Shown: positions 47,670 to 57,278, counted from the stretch's first letter. The stretch is 64,000 nucleotides of DNA from Candidatus Latescibacterota bacterium (GCA_965248435.1 OZ252100.1:4000001-4064000); one strand, 5' to 3'. Made by a program: numbers and translations. Notes: generated by a model not told the origin, from the sequence alone.

Positions 47670-48707
47670 ATGACAGCGGCTCTGAACTTGCGAGGGGTTC
47701 TGCATTCGGTCCAGGCGATTGCGATCGCCGTTGGCCTGGGGCTGGGTATCGTGCTCTTGTCGGGCGGAGATCCGCTTGCGGTTCTGAGCGCCCTGTTTTA
47801 TGGCGCCGTTGGGACGCGGTCGAACCTCGCCAGCACGCTGGTGAAGAGCGTGCCGCTTCTGCTCACAGGGCTGTCCGTTGCCCTTGCGTTCAGGGCCGGA
47901 CTTTTTAACATTGGGGGTGAAGGACAGCTGTATGCCGGTGGCCTGGCGGCTGCGTGGTTAGGCGGTCTGCAGCTGGGGATCCCGGCTCCTTTGTATGTCC
48001 CACTCGCGTTGCTGGGTGCGGTCGTGGCCGGCGGAATCTGGGGGGCCATCCCGGGTTGGCTGAAGGCGAGACGGGGTGTACACGAAGTGATCAACACGAT
48101 TATGATGAACCATATCGCCATCCAGGCATCGAGCTATCTGGTTGGCGGACCCCTCAGAGACGGAGAGTACGCCATACGAACGAAGGAAATCGCATCGGAG
48201 GCGGCGCTGCCGCTGTTGTGGAGCGTACCGCCTATCGAGGTCAGCTGGGGCATCGTTCTGGCCCTCCTGCTCTGCGTCCTGACCACACAGATCCTCTTCA
48301 GGACTGCGACCGGATATGAAATTCGGGCCGTTGGAAAGGGGGCCGCGGCCGCGACAGCCTCCGGGATCGCCACGGGGAGGACGCTCGTGATGAGCATGGG
48401 GCTGGCCGGCGGTCTGGCGGGCCTTGCGGGGGGTCTGGAGATCTGCGGTCTACACCACACCTTCTATGCTCAGTTCTCTCCCGGATACGGATTTGACGGC
48501 ATCGCCGTGGCACTTCTCGCCCGGAACCACCCGCTGGGCGTGATTCCGGCGGCGCTGCTGTTCGGCGCCCTGCGCACGGCGGACCGCTGGCTTCAACTTT
48601 CGGCAGGCGTCGCGCGCGATCTCGTGATTATCATACAGGCGCTGGCCATCCTCGCCGTGGGCACACGGGGAATCCGTGGTTCGTGGTTCGTGGATCGTCG
48701 TTCGTAA
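47670..48707 (+). CDS. ABC transporter permease (nucleoside type)
   Basis: GLFNIGGEGQ, HEVINTIMMN, GYGFDGIAVALL. Confidence 0.92.
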   Translation: MTAALNLRGVLHSVQAIAIAVGLGLGIVLLSGGDPLAVLSALFYGAVGTRSNLASTLVKSVPLLLTGLSVALAFRAGLFNIGGEGQLYAGGLAAAWLGGLQLGIPAPLYVPLALLGAVVAGGIWGAIPGWLKARRGVHEVINTIMMNHIAIQASSYLVGGPLRDGEYAIRTKEIASEAALPLLWSVPPIEVSWGIVLALLLCVLTTQILFRTATGYEIRAVGKGAAAATASGIATGRTLVMSMGLAGGLAGLAGGLEICGLHHTFYAQFSPGYGFDGIAVALLARNHPLGVIPAALLFGALRTADRWLQLSAGVARDLVIIIQALAILAVGTRGIRGSWFVDRRS

Positions 48708-48837
48708 AAACCGGGTACCGGGATAGGTAGATAGGTTACAGAGACCTGACGGTTTGGGGGCGACGCCTGCGTCGCCCCGAGAAATCAAAACACGGGTACC
48801 GCGACCATTTTGGATTGCGGATTTGGGATTGCGGATT
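48675..48837. repeat. Composite repeat: heptamers, interrupted GGTACC unit, palindrome
   Basis: CGTGGTT/CGTGGAT run; CCGGGTACCGGGA [insert with GGGGCGACGCCTGCGTCGCCCC] GAAATCAAAACACGGGTACCG; TTGCGGA run. Confidence 0.8.
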
Positions 48838-48868
48838 AAAAGGCGGCGTTCGCAAAGGCTACCTAAGG

Positions 48869-49489
48869 ATGATATTCAAATCGCTCGTGGTGGGGCCGCT
48901 TCAAGTCAACTGCTTCGTCCTGGGGTGTGACAAGAGTCGCGAGGGGATCGTCGTGGACCCCGGGGAGGACGCTCACGCGATCATGGAGGTGATTCGTGAA
49001 GCGGAGATAGAGGTCGTGGAGGTCGTGGCGACGCACGGACACTTCGATCATATCGGCCGGGCCGGGTCGATCGTCTCAGAGACGCGGGCACCCTTTACGA
49101 TCCATCGCGCGGACCTTCCGATGGTGGAGGGGCTGATGGAAATCGCCCGGGCTTTCGGGCTGGGAGCCGACCCTCCGCCTCAGGTCGACCGATTCCTGGA
49201 GGAGGGTGACACTGTAACGTTCGGAGAGGAGTCACTTCGGGTGCTGCATACGCCAGGCCACGCTCCGGGGAATGTCTCCCTGATCTGGCCGGGACGCGCG
49301 ATTGTGGGGGACACGCTCTTTGCCGGGTCGATTGGAAGGACAGACCTGGAGGGCGGCGATGTTGAGGTCTTACTGGCCTCGATTCGTGAGAAGCTGCTGC
49401 CGCTCGGAGATGAGACCCACGTATACGCCGGACACGGGCCGTTCACGACGATTGGGGAAGAGCGAAGACATAACCCGTTCTTACAATAA
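48869..49489 (+). CDS. MBL-fold metallo-hydrolase (glyoxalase II-like)
   Basis: THGHFDH, TPGHAPG, GDTLFAGSIGRTD, GHG..TTIG.E. Confidence 0.93.
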   Translation: MIFKSLVVGPLQVNCFVLGCDKSREGIVVDPGEDAHAIMEVIREAEIEVVEVVATHGHFDHIGRAGSIVSETRAPFTIHRADLPMVEGLMEIARAFGLGADPPPQVDRFLEEGDTVTFGEESLRVLHTPGHAPGNVSLIWPGRAIVGDTLFAGSIGRTDLEGGDVEVLLASIREKLLPLGDETHVYAGHGPFTTIGEERRHNPFLQ

Positions 49490-49511
49490 AATCCAAATAT
49501 CCGATTATCTA

Positions 49512-49623
49512 ATTGCGGATTGCGGATTGGGGATTGCGGAATAAGAAGCAGAATGCGCTGATTAGCCGTGGTATGGAGCTGGGTGAATTTTCAATCCGCA
49601 TTCCGAAATCTGAAATCCGCAAT
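49512..49623. repeat. Inverted TTGCGGA / TCCGCAA heptamer runs
   Basis: ATTGCGGATTGCGGATTGGGGATTGCGGAAT ... AATCCGCATTCCGAAATCTGAAATCCGCAAT. Confidence 0.8.
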
Positions 49624-49637
49624 TGAAGGAGCGTTTG

Positions 49638-51143
49638 ATGGACATATCTGTTACGATCGGTAATATCCTGGAAACGGAAGCGGACGGGATCGTTCTGAAC
49701 CTGTTTGATGGCGTAGAGGAACCGGACGGTGCGACAGGGGCTGCGGACACGGCACTCAACGGCGCGATTCGGGAACTGATCTCGGGCGGGGATTTCAGGG
49801 GAAAGTTCAAGACGACGTCTGTGCTCTACCCGCAATCCGGCGTGACGGCCAAGCGCGTGATCCTGGTCGGCCTCGGAAAGGAGGCGGATTTCACGCTGGA
49901 CCGGGCGAGGCAGACGGCGGCCGTTGCCGCCAAGACCGCGAAGGGGCTGGGGGTGAGACATCTGGCCACGATCGTTCACGGCGGAGGAGTAGGGGGGTTG
50001 GACCCGGGGGACGCGGCACAGGCCGTTGTGGAAGGGAGCGTCCTGGGGACCTATAAGTTCTCTGTCTACAAGACGGGCGGTGAGGACGAAGACAAGAAGG
50101 AACTGGAGCGCCTGACTGTCGTGGAGTTCGACGCCGCAAAGCAGAGCGACGTGGAGGAAGGGACGCGTGTCGGAGAGATCGTTTCAGAGGGCGTCACCCT
50201 GGCCCGGGACCTGGCCAACCATCCCGGGAACGAGATGACGCCCTCCGTCCTGGCGGAGCGGTCGAGAGAGATGGCGGAGGCCGTCGGGCTTCGGTGCGAG
50301 GTACTGGACGAGGAGGCGATGGAGAAAGAAGGGATGGGCGCACTCCTCGCCGTGGCCCGCGGGAGTGATCAGCCTCCAAGATTTATCGTGATGGAGCACG
50401 AGGGGAATCGATCGAAGGACCAACCCATCGTCCTGGTCGGAAAGGGGATCACGTTCGACACGGGAGGAATCTCCATCAAGCGGTCCAGCGGGATGTGGGA
50501 CATGAAGTTCGACATGTGCGGTGCGGCCGCGGTGATCGGGGCGATGCAGGCGATCGCGCGGCTGGATCTCCCGGTGCGGACGATCGGCATCGTGGCCGCA
50601 TCCGAAAACATGCCGAGCAGCCAGGCGCTTAAACCGGGGGACATCATCCGCTCTATGCTCGGAAAGACGATCGAGATCAGAAGTACGGACGCCGAGGGGC
50701 GGCTTGTCCTCGCGGACGCGGTCGCGTACGCTGCACGCTACAAACCGGCCGCACTGGTGGATCTGGCGACGCTGACCGGGGCGTGCGTAACTGCGCTGGG
50801 TCACGAGGCATCCGGAATGATGGCCAACGACGACGCACTCGCGGAAAGGGTCAGCCGATCCGGGGAGCGTACGGGTGAGATCGCCTGGCGTCTGCCCATC
50901 TTCGAGGAACATCGCGAGCAGATCAAGGGCGACACTGCAGACCTCAAGAACAGCGGCGGACCTGCCGGCGCGATTGCGGGCGGGGCGTTCATCGAGGCCT
51001 TCGTTCAGGACTTCCCCTGGGCCCACCTCGACATCGCTGGAACGGCGTGGTCGGATGGTAAGAAGCCTTATATCTCTAAAGGGGGAACGGGATTCGGGGT
51101 GCGGCTGCTGGTGGATATGATAAGGCGGACCGCAGACGACTGA
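49638..51143 (+). CDS. pepA: Leucyl aminopeptidase (M17)
   Basis: VGKGITFDTGG, MKFDM, TDAEGRLVLAD, DLATLTGA, AHLDIAG. Confidence 0.95.
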   Translation: MDISVTIGNILETEADGIVLNLFDGVEEPDGATGAADTALNGAIRELISGGDFRGKFKTTSVLYPQSGVTAKRVILVGLGKEADFTLDRARQTAAVAAKTAKGLGVRHLATIVHGGGVGGLDPGDAAQAVVEGSVLGTYKFSVYKTGGEDEDKKELERLTVVEFDAAKQSDVEEGTRVGEIVSEGVTLARDLANHPGNEMTPSVLAERSREMAEAVGLRCEVLDEEAMEKEGMGALLAVARGSDQPPRFIVMEHEGNRSKDQPIVLVGKGITFDTGGISIKRSSGMWDMKFDMCGAAAVIGAMQAIARLDLPVRTIGIVAASENMPSSQALKPGDIIRSMLGKTIEIRSTDAEGRLVLADAVAYAARYKPAALVDLATLTGACVTALGHEASGMMANDDALAERVSRSGERTGEIAWRLPIFEEHREQIKGDTADLKNSGGPAGAIAGGAFIEAFVQDFPWAHLDIAGTAWSDGKKPYISKGGTGFGVRLLVDMIRRTADD

Positions 51144-51304
51144 CCGCAGACCGCGGAATAGAACCTCTTGCTGCCTCGCCGGCGCTCGGCATCCCGGCGG
51201 CGAAATGGTCGAACTGCAGCCGTCACACTTGGATATCGGTTATTGGATGTTAGACACTGGGTACTGAAAAAGCTTCTGGCGCGGGAAAGCCAGCTTTCAA
51301 CAGA

Positions 51305-51384
51305 AAACCACCGACTGGTCGAAGCCGGTGGTTTCCCAATTCATTCCCTTTACCCAATTGTGGGAGAGGGTCAGGGGTGAGGGC
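51305..51384. repeat. Two palindromic REP-like remnants
   Basis: AAACCACCGAC...GCCGGTGGTTT, and a degenerate GGGAGAGGGTCAGGGGTGAGGGCC copy. Confidence 0.6.
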
Positions 51385-51387
51385 CGT

Positions 51388-51912
51388 TCACTCCACTTCG
51401 TCTCCCAGGATGCCGAACTGAATGCCGACGTGAACGCCCCAGACGTCCTCCTCGTTCTCTCCACTTCCGCTAACCGCACGCGAGTAGCGGGACTGGACGA
51501 AGAAGCCAGCCTTATCGCTCAGAGCGAAGGAGATCCCTCCCCCGGCCGCGCCCATCGCCTTCGTTCCTGAACCGTCGAAGCCTGTTATCGGATCTTCCGG
51601 CAGGCCATCGACGATCATGACGCCAAGGCCGACGCCAAAATAGATCGTCCCACCGAACTCACCGAAGGGGGCCTTGTAAAGCAGCGATGCCCCTATGGGC
51701 ATGCGAGTTCCGTCTTTGCTGTAATACTCGACAAAGGGCGCGGCGTAGGTCGAGTACTCTTCACTCAGCGGAATCTCGATCGAAGCGTGTCCGCCTCCTC
51801 CGGTCGGGTTGATCATGACCCCGCCGCCGAATTTGAAGGTTACACCTTCCGAATCGGCCGCCGTCGACACCAGGAGAGCTGCCACCCAACCGGCCAGGAT
51901 CTTCTTCCTCAT
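51388..51912 (-). CDS. Small outer-membrane beta-barrel protein (putative)
   Basis: Signal peptide; alternating strands YFGVGLG, GGGISF, VHVGIQF. Confidence 0.7.
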   Translation of the reverse strand: MRKKILAGWVAALLVSTAADSEGVTFKFGGGVMINPTGGGGHASIEIPLSEEYSTYAAPFVEYYSKDGTRMPIGASLLYKAPFGEFGGTIYFGVGLGVMIVDGLPEDPITGFDGSGTKAMGAAGGGISFALSDKAGFFVQSRYSRAVSGSGENEEDVWGVHVGIQFGILGDEVE

Positions 51913-52077
51913 CGCGTCCTCTACTTTCTGAGGGGCATGCTTGATATGGACAAAGACTTAGTGCACGGTAATGAATATTCAAGAAAAGGACAATAAAAAG
52001 CAAACGGAAAAGGTCCGAAGTCGCGGTTGATGAAGTGGGAACCAGGGGCTATATTACCGCGCACAAGGAGATTCAAA

Positions 52078-52719
52078 TTGGCAACCGATCTACTTATGAC
52101 CTGTCACGGGCGATCGGCACGGGACCAGGGTGGACATGTCCTCGGCTGGTGGGCCGATGTATCGCTGTCTCGCGAGGGCTGCCGACAGGCGATCAGGCTG
52201 GGAGGGCGGCTTCTGGAAACGTATGATGTCGAGGCCATCTATGCGAGTCCCATGCGTCGCGCGCGCGAGACCGCCGAAATCTTATCCCAGATGGTGAAGG
52301 TGGTCCCTACCGAGGAGGGCGACCTCAGAGAGCTCGACAGTGGTGTTCTGTCGTCCCTCACTTTCGATGAGGCCAAAAGCCGATATCCTGACCTGATGCG
52401 ACACGATGGGCTGCCCGGAGACTGCCCAATCCCGCGAGGGGAGTCCTACGCCGAGCTTCACGGGCGCGTGGAGCAGGTCGTCAATCGGATCGTCGGGAGA
52501 CATCCTGAGGAGCAAGTGGTGGTCATCACACACGGCGGTCCGATTGGGGCTTACCTGAATGCTTTCCTGGGGTATACTGGAGCGACGCACGGGTCGCCCC
52601 GCTTTTCCTGCGATGCCGCCTCGCTGCATCATTTGCGATTCAGCGAACGAGAGAGGACAGTGGTGAGATTGAACGATACGGCGCATCTGATGGACTTGCC
52701 CGTCGAGTCGGCGGCGTGA
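52078..52719 (+). CDS. Histidine phosphatase family protein
   Basis: CHG (variant of RHG), SPMRRARETA, LRELDSG, GES, ITHGG, LNDTAHL; TTG start after AAGGAG. Confidence 0.88.
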   Translation: MATDLLMTCHGRSARDQGGHVLGWWADVSLSREGCRQAIRLGGRLLETYDVEAIYASPMRRARETAEILSQMVKVVPTEEGDLRELDSGVLSSLTFDEAKSRYPDLMRHDGLPGDCPIPRGESYAELHGRVEQVVNRIVGRHPEEQVVVITHGGPIGAYLNAFLGYTGATHGSPRFSCDAASLHHLRFSERERTVVRLNDTAHLMDLPVESAA

Positions 52720-54002
52720 AGGTCCAGAATCCCAATCCCTATCCTTCACGGTGCCGTCGAACCCGGTGCATCTCCGATCTCAGCGAAGGGGAACGGGCGA
52801 CACTGGCGGGTCGGATTGTCGGGTTCAGATCTGGATGGCTCCTGTCCGATGAAACGGGGGAGGCCCAAGTCACCCTGGTCGATGGCTCGGACTCGCTTCA
52901 CGTCGGGGATATCGTCGAGATGGACGGGGTCTGGCGTGCCGCACGATTCGAGGCATCAGAGGTTCGGATGCTTGCTCGCGCACTGCGGGCGCCGAAATCA
53001 CTTTCCCCTAACGTGGGCGAAAATCTGAAGGTCCGGGCACGGGCCCTTTCTCGGATCCGCAGCTTTTTCGAAACGGGGGGATTCGTGGAGGTGGAGACTC
53101 CGACGCTGGTCCCCTGTCCGGGCATGGAGCCGCATCTGACGGCCTTCGAGACGGCCTACGGAGATCGAGGTCAGGAGCGGCGCCTCTTTCTGCATACCTC
53201 TCCCGAATATGGAATGAAACGGTTACTGGGCGCGGGGTTCGAACGGATATTTCAGATTTGCAAAGCCTTTCGCCACGAGGCAGCGGGCGCGATGCACAAT
53301 CCCGAGTTCACGATCCTGGAATGGTACCGCGCCTATGCTGACTATGAGGCGATCATGGCCGATTCGGAGGCCCTCGTCTACGAGCTGGCGATGGAAATCA
53401 ACGAGACTCCGCACGTTCGCTACAAGGGTCGGACGGTGGACGTGACGCCCCCTTGGGAGCGGCTCAGCCTGGGTGAGGCCTTCGCTCGCTATGCGGGCAT
53501 TGAGATCGATCCGGGCGGAGATCCGGAGCGGTTCGTGGGCTCAGCGCGCGAGAACGGTCACGTCTCGGTCACCTGCGATGACGGATACGAGTCGGCTTTT
53601 TTCAAGGTTTTCCTGGATCGTGTGGAAGGTCAACTGGGCCGGGAAAAACCGACGATTCTTACCGATTATCCTGCTGATATGGCCGCGCTTGCGAAGCTGA
53701 AGCCAGGGCGGCCCGATCTGGCGGAGCGGTTCGAGATCTACATCGCGGGTGTCGAGCTGGCAAACGGGTTCACGGAGCTGAACGATCCTGCCGAACAACG
53801 GGTTCGATTCGAGACGGAGGCGCTCGAGCGTCGGTCCAACGGGTCTTCCGTGTATCCGGTGGATGAAGCGTTCCTCGAGGCGATGGAGGCGGGGATCCCC
53901 CCAGCGGGTGGGATCGCCATGGGCGTAGACCGGCTCGTTATGCTTCTTACGGGGGCGAAGACGATCGGTGAGGTTATTGCTTTTCCATTCTGTGAACAAT
54001 AG
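52716..54002 (+). CDS. epmA: EF-P lysine aminoacylase (EpmA/GenX) with N-terminal OB-fold-like extension
   Basis: LHTSPEYGMKRLL, HNPEFTILEWY, ERFEIY..GVELANGF.EL, GIAMGVDRL. Confidence 0.88.
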   Translation: MKVQNPNPYPSRCRRTRCISDLSEGERATLAGRIVGFRSGWLLSDETGEAQVTLVDGSDSLHVGDIVEMDGVWRAARFEASEVRMLARALRAPKSLSPNVGENLKVRARALSRIRSFFETGGFVEVETPTLVPCPGMEPHLTAFETAYGDRGQERRLFLHTSPEYGMKRLLGAGFERIFQICKAFRHEAAGAMHNPEFTILEWYRAYADYEAIMADSEALVYELAMEINETPHVRYKGRTVDVTPPWERLSLGEAFARYAGIEIDPGGDPERFVGSARENGHVSVTCDDGYESAFFKVFLDRVEGQLGREKPTILTDYPADMAALAKLKPGRPDLAERFEIYIAGVELANGFTELNDPAEQRVRFETEALERRSNGSSVYPVDEAFLEAMEAGIPPAGGIAMGVDRLVMLLTGAKTIGEVIAFPFCEQ

Positions 54003-54010
54003 CGTAGAAG

Positions 54011-54122
54011 CGTATCTCGTATTTCGTATCTCGTGGCCCTCACCCACAACCCCGCTCCCTCGTTTCAGTGCTCGCATAACTGTTTCATCAGTATGTACTC
54101 TCACCCACACGTGGGAGAGGGG
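54011..54122. repeat. Heptamer run plus degenerate CCCTCACCC / GGGAGAGGGG element
   Basis: CGTATCTCGTATTTCGTATCTCG; GGCCCTCACCC...CACACGTGGGAGAGGGG. Confidence 0.65.
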
Positions 54123-54168
54123 AGAAAACCTCTAACGCACTAGAAGTAAATAAACTGAGGAGAATTCT

Positions 54169-54912
54169 ATGGGTAAACTAGAAGGTAAGGTCGCGCTCGT
54201 TACGGGCGGCGGGACAGGGATCGGGCGGGCCACTGCGCTGGCCTTTGCCAGGGAAGGGATCGATGTCGCGGTCAACTACTCTCGATCGAAGGCGGAGGCG
54301 GAGGCGACCGCGGCAGAGATCGAAGGGCTTGATCGGAAAGCCCTGGCGGTGTGCGCGGACGTATCGGACGACGCAGCCGTGAGGCAGATGGTGGACGGGG
54401 TGGCCTCCGAGCTGGGTCGGCTGGACATCCTGTTCAACAACGCGGGATGGACCAAATTCGTACCGCTCGAGGATCTCGAAGGCCTGAACGACGATGCCTG
54501 GGATCGATGCTTCGACGTGAATGCGAAAGGGACCTTCTACTGTTCTCGGGCCGCAGTGCCGAAAATGAAGGCGAACGGGGCGGGACAGATTGTGAATACC
54601 GCCTCGATCGCCGGGCTGATCGGGCGTGGGAGTTCGATGGCGTATGCCGCCTCCAAGGCGGCCGTGATTTCCCTGACGAAGTCGCTCGCAATCGTGCTGG
54701 CCCCGGAGATCCGCGTGAACGCCATCTTGCCCGGCGTCGTAGACACGCGGTGGATGGTCGGTATGGAGTCGTTCATGGAGGCCAATGTGCAGGCGACACC
54801 GTTGAAGAAAGGGGCTCAACCGGAGGATGTCGCGGAGGTGGTGATGGCGGTGGTCCGCAGCGACATGATGACCGGGCAGAATCTGGTTGTGGATGGTGGG
54901 CGGACACTTTGA
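54169..54912 (+). CDS. SDR family oxidoreductase
   Basis: [24 protein letters not shown]. Confidence 0.95.
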   Translation: MGKLEGKVALVTGGGTGIGRATALAFAREGIDVAVNYSRSKAEAEATAAEIEGLDRKALAVCADVSDDAAVRQMVDGVASELGRLDILFNNAGWTKFVPLEDLEGLNDDAWDRCFDVNAKGTFYCSRAAVPKMKANGAGQIVNTASIAGLIGRGSSMAYAASKAAVISLTKSLAIVLAPEIRVNAILPGVVDTRWMVGMESFMEANVQATPLKKGAQPEDVAEVVMAVVRSDMMTGQNLVVDGGRTL

Positions 54913-54956
54913 GGGGAAGATTTTTCCATAATGGGAAATTCTGTCCCAAATCGGGC

Positions 54957-54985
54957 TTGATTTCATCTTCCGCCCGACCTATATT
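54957..54985 (+). promoter_or_regulatory. Sigma-70 promoter of the signalling operon
   Basis: TTGATT-17-TATATT. Confidence 0.55.
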
Positions 54986-55088
54986 AAGTTGTGAATGGAC
55001 AGTAAGTTAGTTAATCCCCCGACAGCATGGTTTCTCGTTTGCTCAACTGCTAAGCGTCTCCATCCTCCCGCCTCACTACAGGACTCCC

Positions 55089-55637
55089 TTGGCCGGCGAA
55101 TCCCTCCTTATTGTTGAGGACGACCCCTTTATGCGGGAACTCCTATCTGAGTCTTTGAGTGAGGCGGGTTATCAAACCAAGACGGCCGAGAATGGGGCGG
55201 AGACCCGATCTCTTCTTCCCCGAAATGAGTTTGACGTTGCCCTGATCGATCTGAGTCTCCCCGACGCGGACGGTATGCAACTTGTCGATGATATCTCCGA
55301 GGCCTCCTCTGAAGTCCAGATCATTATTCTCACCGGATACCCCAGCATTGAATCCGCGATCGAAGCCCTCCGCAGAGGTGCACAGGATTACCTTGTCAAG
55401 CCTTTCAAGATCCCCGAAGTCCAGGCCGCCATCGCGCGCGCCCTCAAGAATCAAAAACTGCAAACCGAAGTTCGGGGTCTCCGACGACAGGTCCGCGACC
55501 TGGAGCAAGAGGTGAGCAGGCTTACGGCAGGTGGGGCGCAACCTACGAACCCACGCCCAGTTCAGCTGCCCGGGGCCTACGGCGGTGCGACCCCTCCGCG
55601 CGTTCCAGGCACACAACCGGGAGGGACCCCAGAGTGA
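55089..55637 (+). CDS. Response regulator (receiver, coiled coil, Pro-rich tail; no DNA-binding domain)
   Basis: LIVEDD, IDLSLPD, ILTG, YLVKP. Confidence 0.9.
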   Translation: MAGESLLIVEDDPFMRELLSESLSEAGYQTKTAENGAETRSLLPRNEFDVALIDLSLPDADGMQLVDDISEASSEVQIIILTGYPSIESAIEALRRGAQDYLVKPFKIPEVQAAIARALKNQKLQTEVRGLRRQVRDLEQEVSRLTAGGAQPTNPRPVQLPGAYGGATPPRVPGTQPGGTPE

Positions 55638-56014
55638 ACCCGGCTGAGACCCTTAAAGAGCTTCGTTTGATGATCCATCAGGCCTCCGGGCTCGGAGAAG
55701 AGGTTTGCGCGATGCTCCAGGCAGGGGCCTCGCCCTCACGTTTCGTCCCCCTTCTGAAACAACAGATGCAGTATATCGATCGACTGCGCGGCAGGCTTCA
55801 CGAGTTCTCTTCGGAGGGATCGTCTGAGTTTCCAGACAGATTCCGCGGAGAGGTTGCAGGCCTAAGGGAGGGCATCGAGGGCCTCCTCGAGACGACCGAC
55901 GAGAATTACCAAGTCGCATCCCGGAAAGGGGTGCGACTGCAGGCATTCGGCGGGGGTCATTCCGCGCCGGACTACAGTGCCCGGACTACGGAGGGAAAAC
56001 GGGCCGATGTCTAA
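55634..56014 (+). CDS. Small helical hypothetical protein
   Basis: GTGA overlap with the upstream gene and 8-bp overlap with the downstream kinase. Confidence 0.7.
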   Translation: MNPAETLKELRLMIHQASGLGEEVCAMLQAGASPSRFVPLLKQQMQYIDRLRGRLHEFSSEGSSEFPDRFRGEVAGLREGIEGLLETTDENYQVASRKGVRLQAFGGGHSAPDYSARTTEGKRADV

Positions 56015-57278
56015 TCTCCAGGGAAGAGAACAGAAAGCGCTTACGGAGGCAGAAGTCGAGGCCTTTCTGGAGTCTTATTCCCTGTTTAACGACACCCTTT
56101 GCAGGTTGGAGCATTCCTACCGCGTCCTGGAAGGGCGGTTCGACTCGCTGAACCAGGAGCTGGAGGAGACCAATCGCCGACTTCAGGAAAGCCTGTCGGA
56201 GAAGGGGCGCATCAATCGTTATCTCACGGACATTCTGGAGAGCCTGGGTGGCGGTGTGGTGGCAGTGGATTCGGAGGGATTCATCACGCTTTTCAGTCGA
56301 GCAGCGTCCGAAATCCTTGGATTGAATGCCTCAGACGTTGTCGGACACCCATATAGCGAGGTTGTCGGTGACTGCGCTTCAGATATTCTGCATACCCTGG
56401 CCACTGGAGAATCGGCGCGGAGTGAGGAGAAGGTCCTCACCCGGTCGGACGGGCGACAGGTTCCGGTTCGATTCAATACCGCTCGCGTTCAGGGCGACGA
56501 TGGGGAAGTGGAAGGGGCGGTGGAAACCTTCGAGGATATTTCCAAGCTCAAAGAGCTTACCCGGCAGGTCAGCCGTGTAAGTACGCTTACCGCACTGGGG
56601 GAGATGGCCGCGACGGTCGCTCACGAAATTCGGAATCCGCTGGGCGGCATCGGAGGCTTTGCCGGGCTGCTCGAGCGCGACCTGTCGTTCGACGACCCGC
56701 GTCGTCGGCTGGTGAAAAAGGTGATCGAGGGCGTAGAGAGTTTGAACCGGATGGTGACCAATCTTCTGAACTATACTCGGCCGCTGCAGCTGAACAAGCG
56801 GCCGGTGGATCTCGTGCAGGTGGTTGAGGATTCGATCGGATTTTTCGAAATCGATGCCGGAAATCGACTGGAAAACGTTGAACTCGTGCGCAAGTATTCA
56901 GACTCAGAGGTTTCGTGCAACGTCGACCCGGAGCAGATCCAGCAAATCATGCTCAACCTGCTTCATAACGCCGTTCAAGTCATGCCGAGTGGGGGGTGTG
57001 TGAAAATCGGGCTTTCGGAGGTCGAAGGATCGATCGATTCCCGGACGTCACTCGACACGCAGTGCGTTTCGTTGAGCGTTTCTGACTCAGGTATCGGAAT
57101 GACAGAAGAGGTCAAAACCAAACTTTTCATGCCATTCTTCACGACGAAGGAGGACGGCAACGGACTTGGACTTGCAACAGCGAAGAAGGTTATCGAAGCC
57201 CACGGAGGCGAAATTCAGGTGGAAAGCGAACTCGATCGAGCGTCGGTCTTTACCATCTTTATCCCGAAGTCTCACTAA
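56007..57278 (+). CDS. Cytoplasmic PAS sensor histidine kinase (FlgS/FleS-like)
   Basis: Coiled coil, PAS, AHEIRNPL, NLLHNA, DSGIG, PFFTTK, GLGL; no TM helix. Confidence 0.92.
   Translation: MSNLQGREQKALTEAEVEAFLESYSLFNDTLCRLEHSYRVLEGRFDSLNQELEETNRRLQESLSEKGRINRYLTDILESLGGGVVAVDSEGFITLFSRAASEILGLNASDVVGHPYSEVVGDCASDILHTLATGESARSEEKVLTRSDGRQVPVRFNTARVQGDDGEVEGAVETFEDISKLKELTRQVSRVSTLTALGEMAATVAHEIRNPLGGIGGFAGLLERDLSFDDPRRRLVKKVIEGVESLNRMVTNLLNYTRPLQLNKRPVDLVQVVEDSIGFFEIDAGNRLENVELVRKYSDSEVSCNVDPEQIQQIMLNLLHNAVQVMPSGGCVKIGLSEVEGSIDSRTSLDTQCVSLSVSDSGIGMTEEVKTKLFMPFFTTKEDGNGLGLATAKKVIEAHGGEIQVESELDRASVFTIFIPKSH

Noticed and set aside
52716-54002. Lysyl-tRNA synthetase
   Set aside because: TSPEYGMKRLL and EFTILEWY motifs are EpmA-type rather than LysRS-type.
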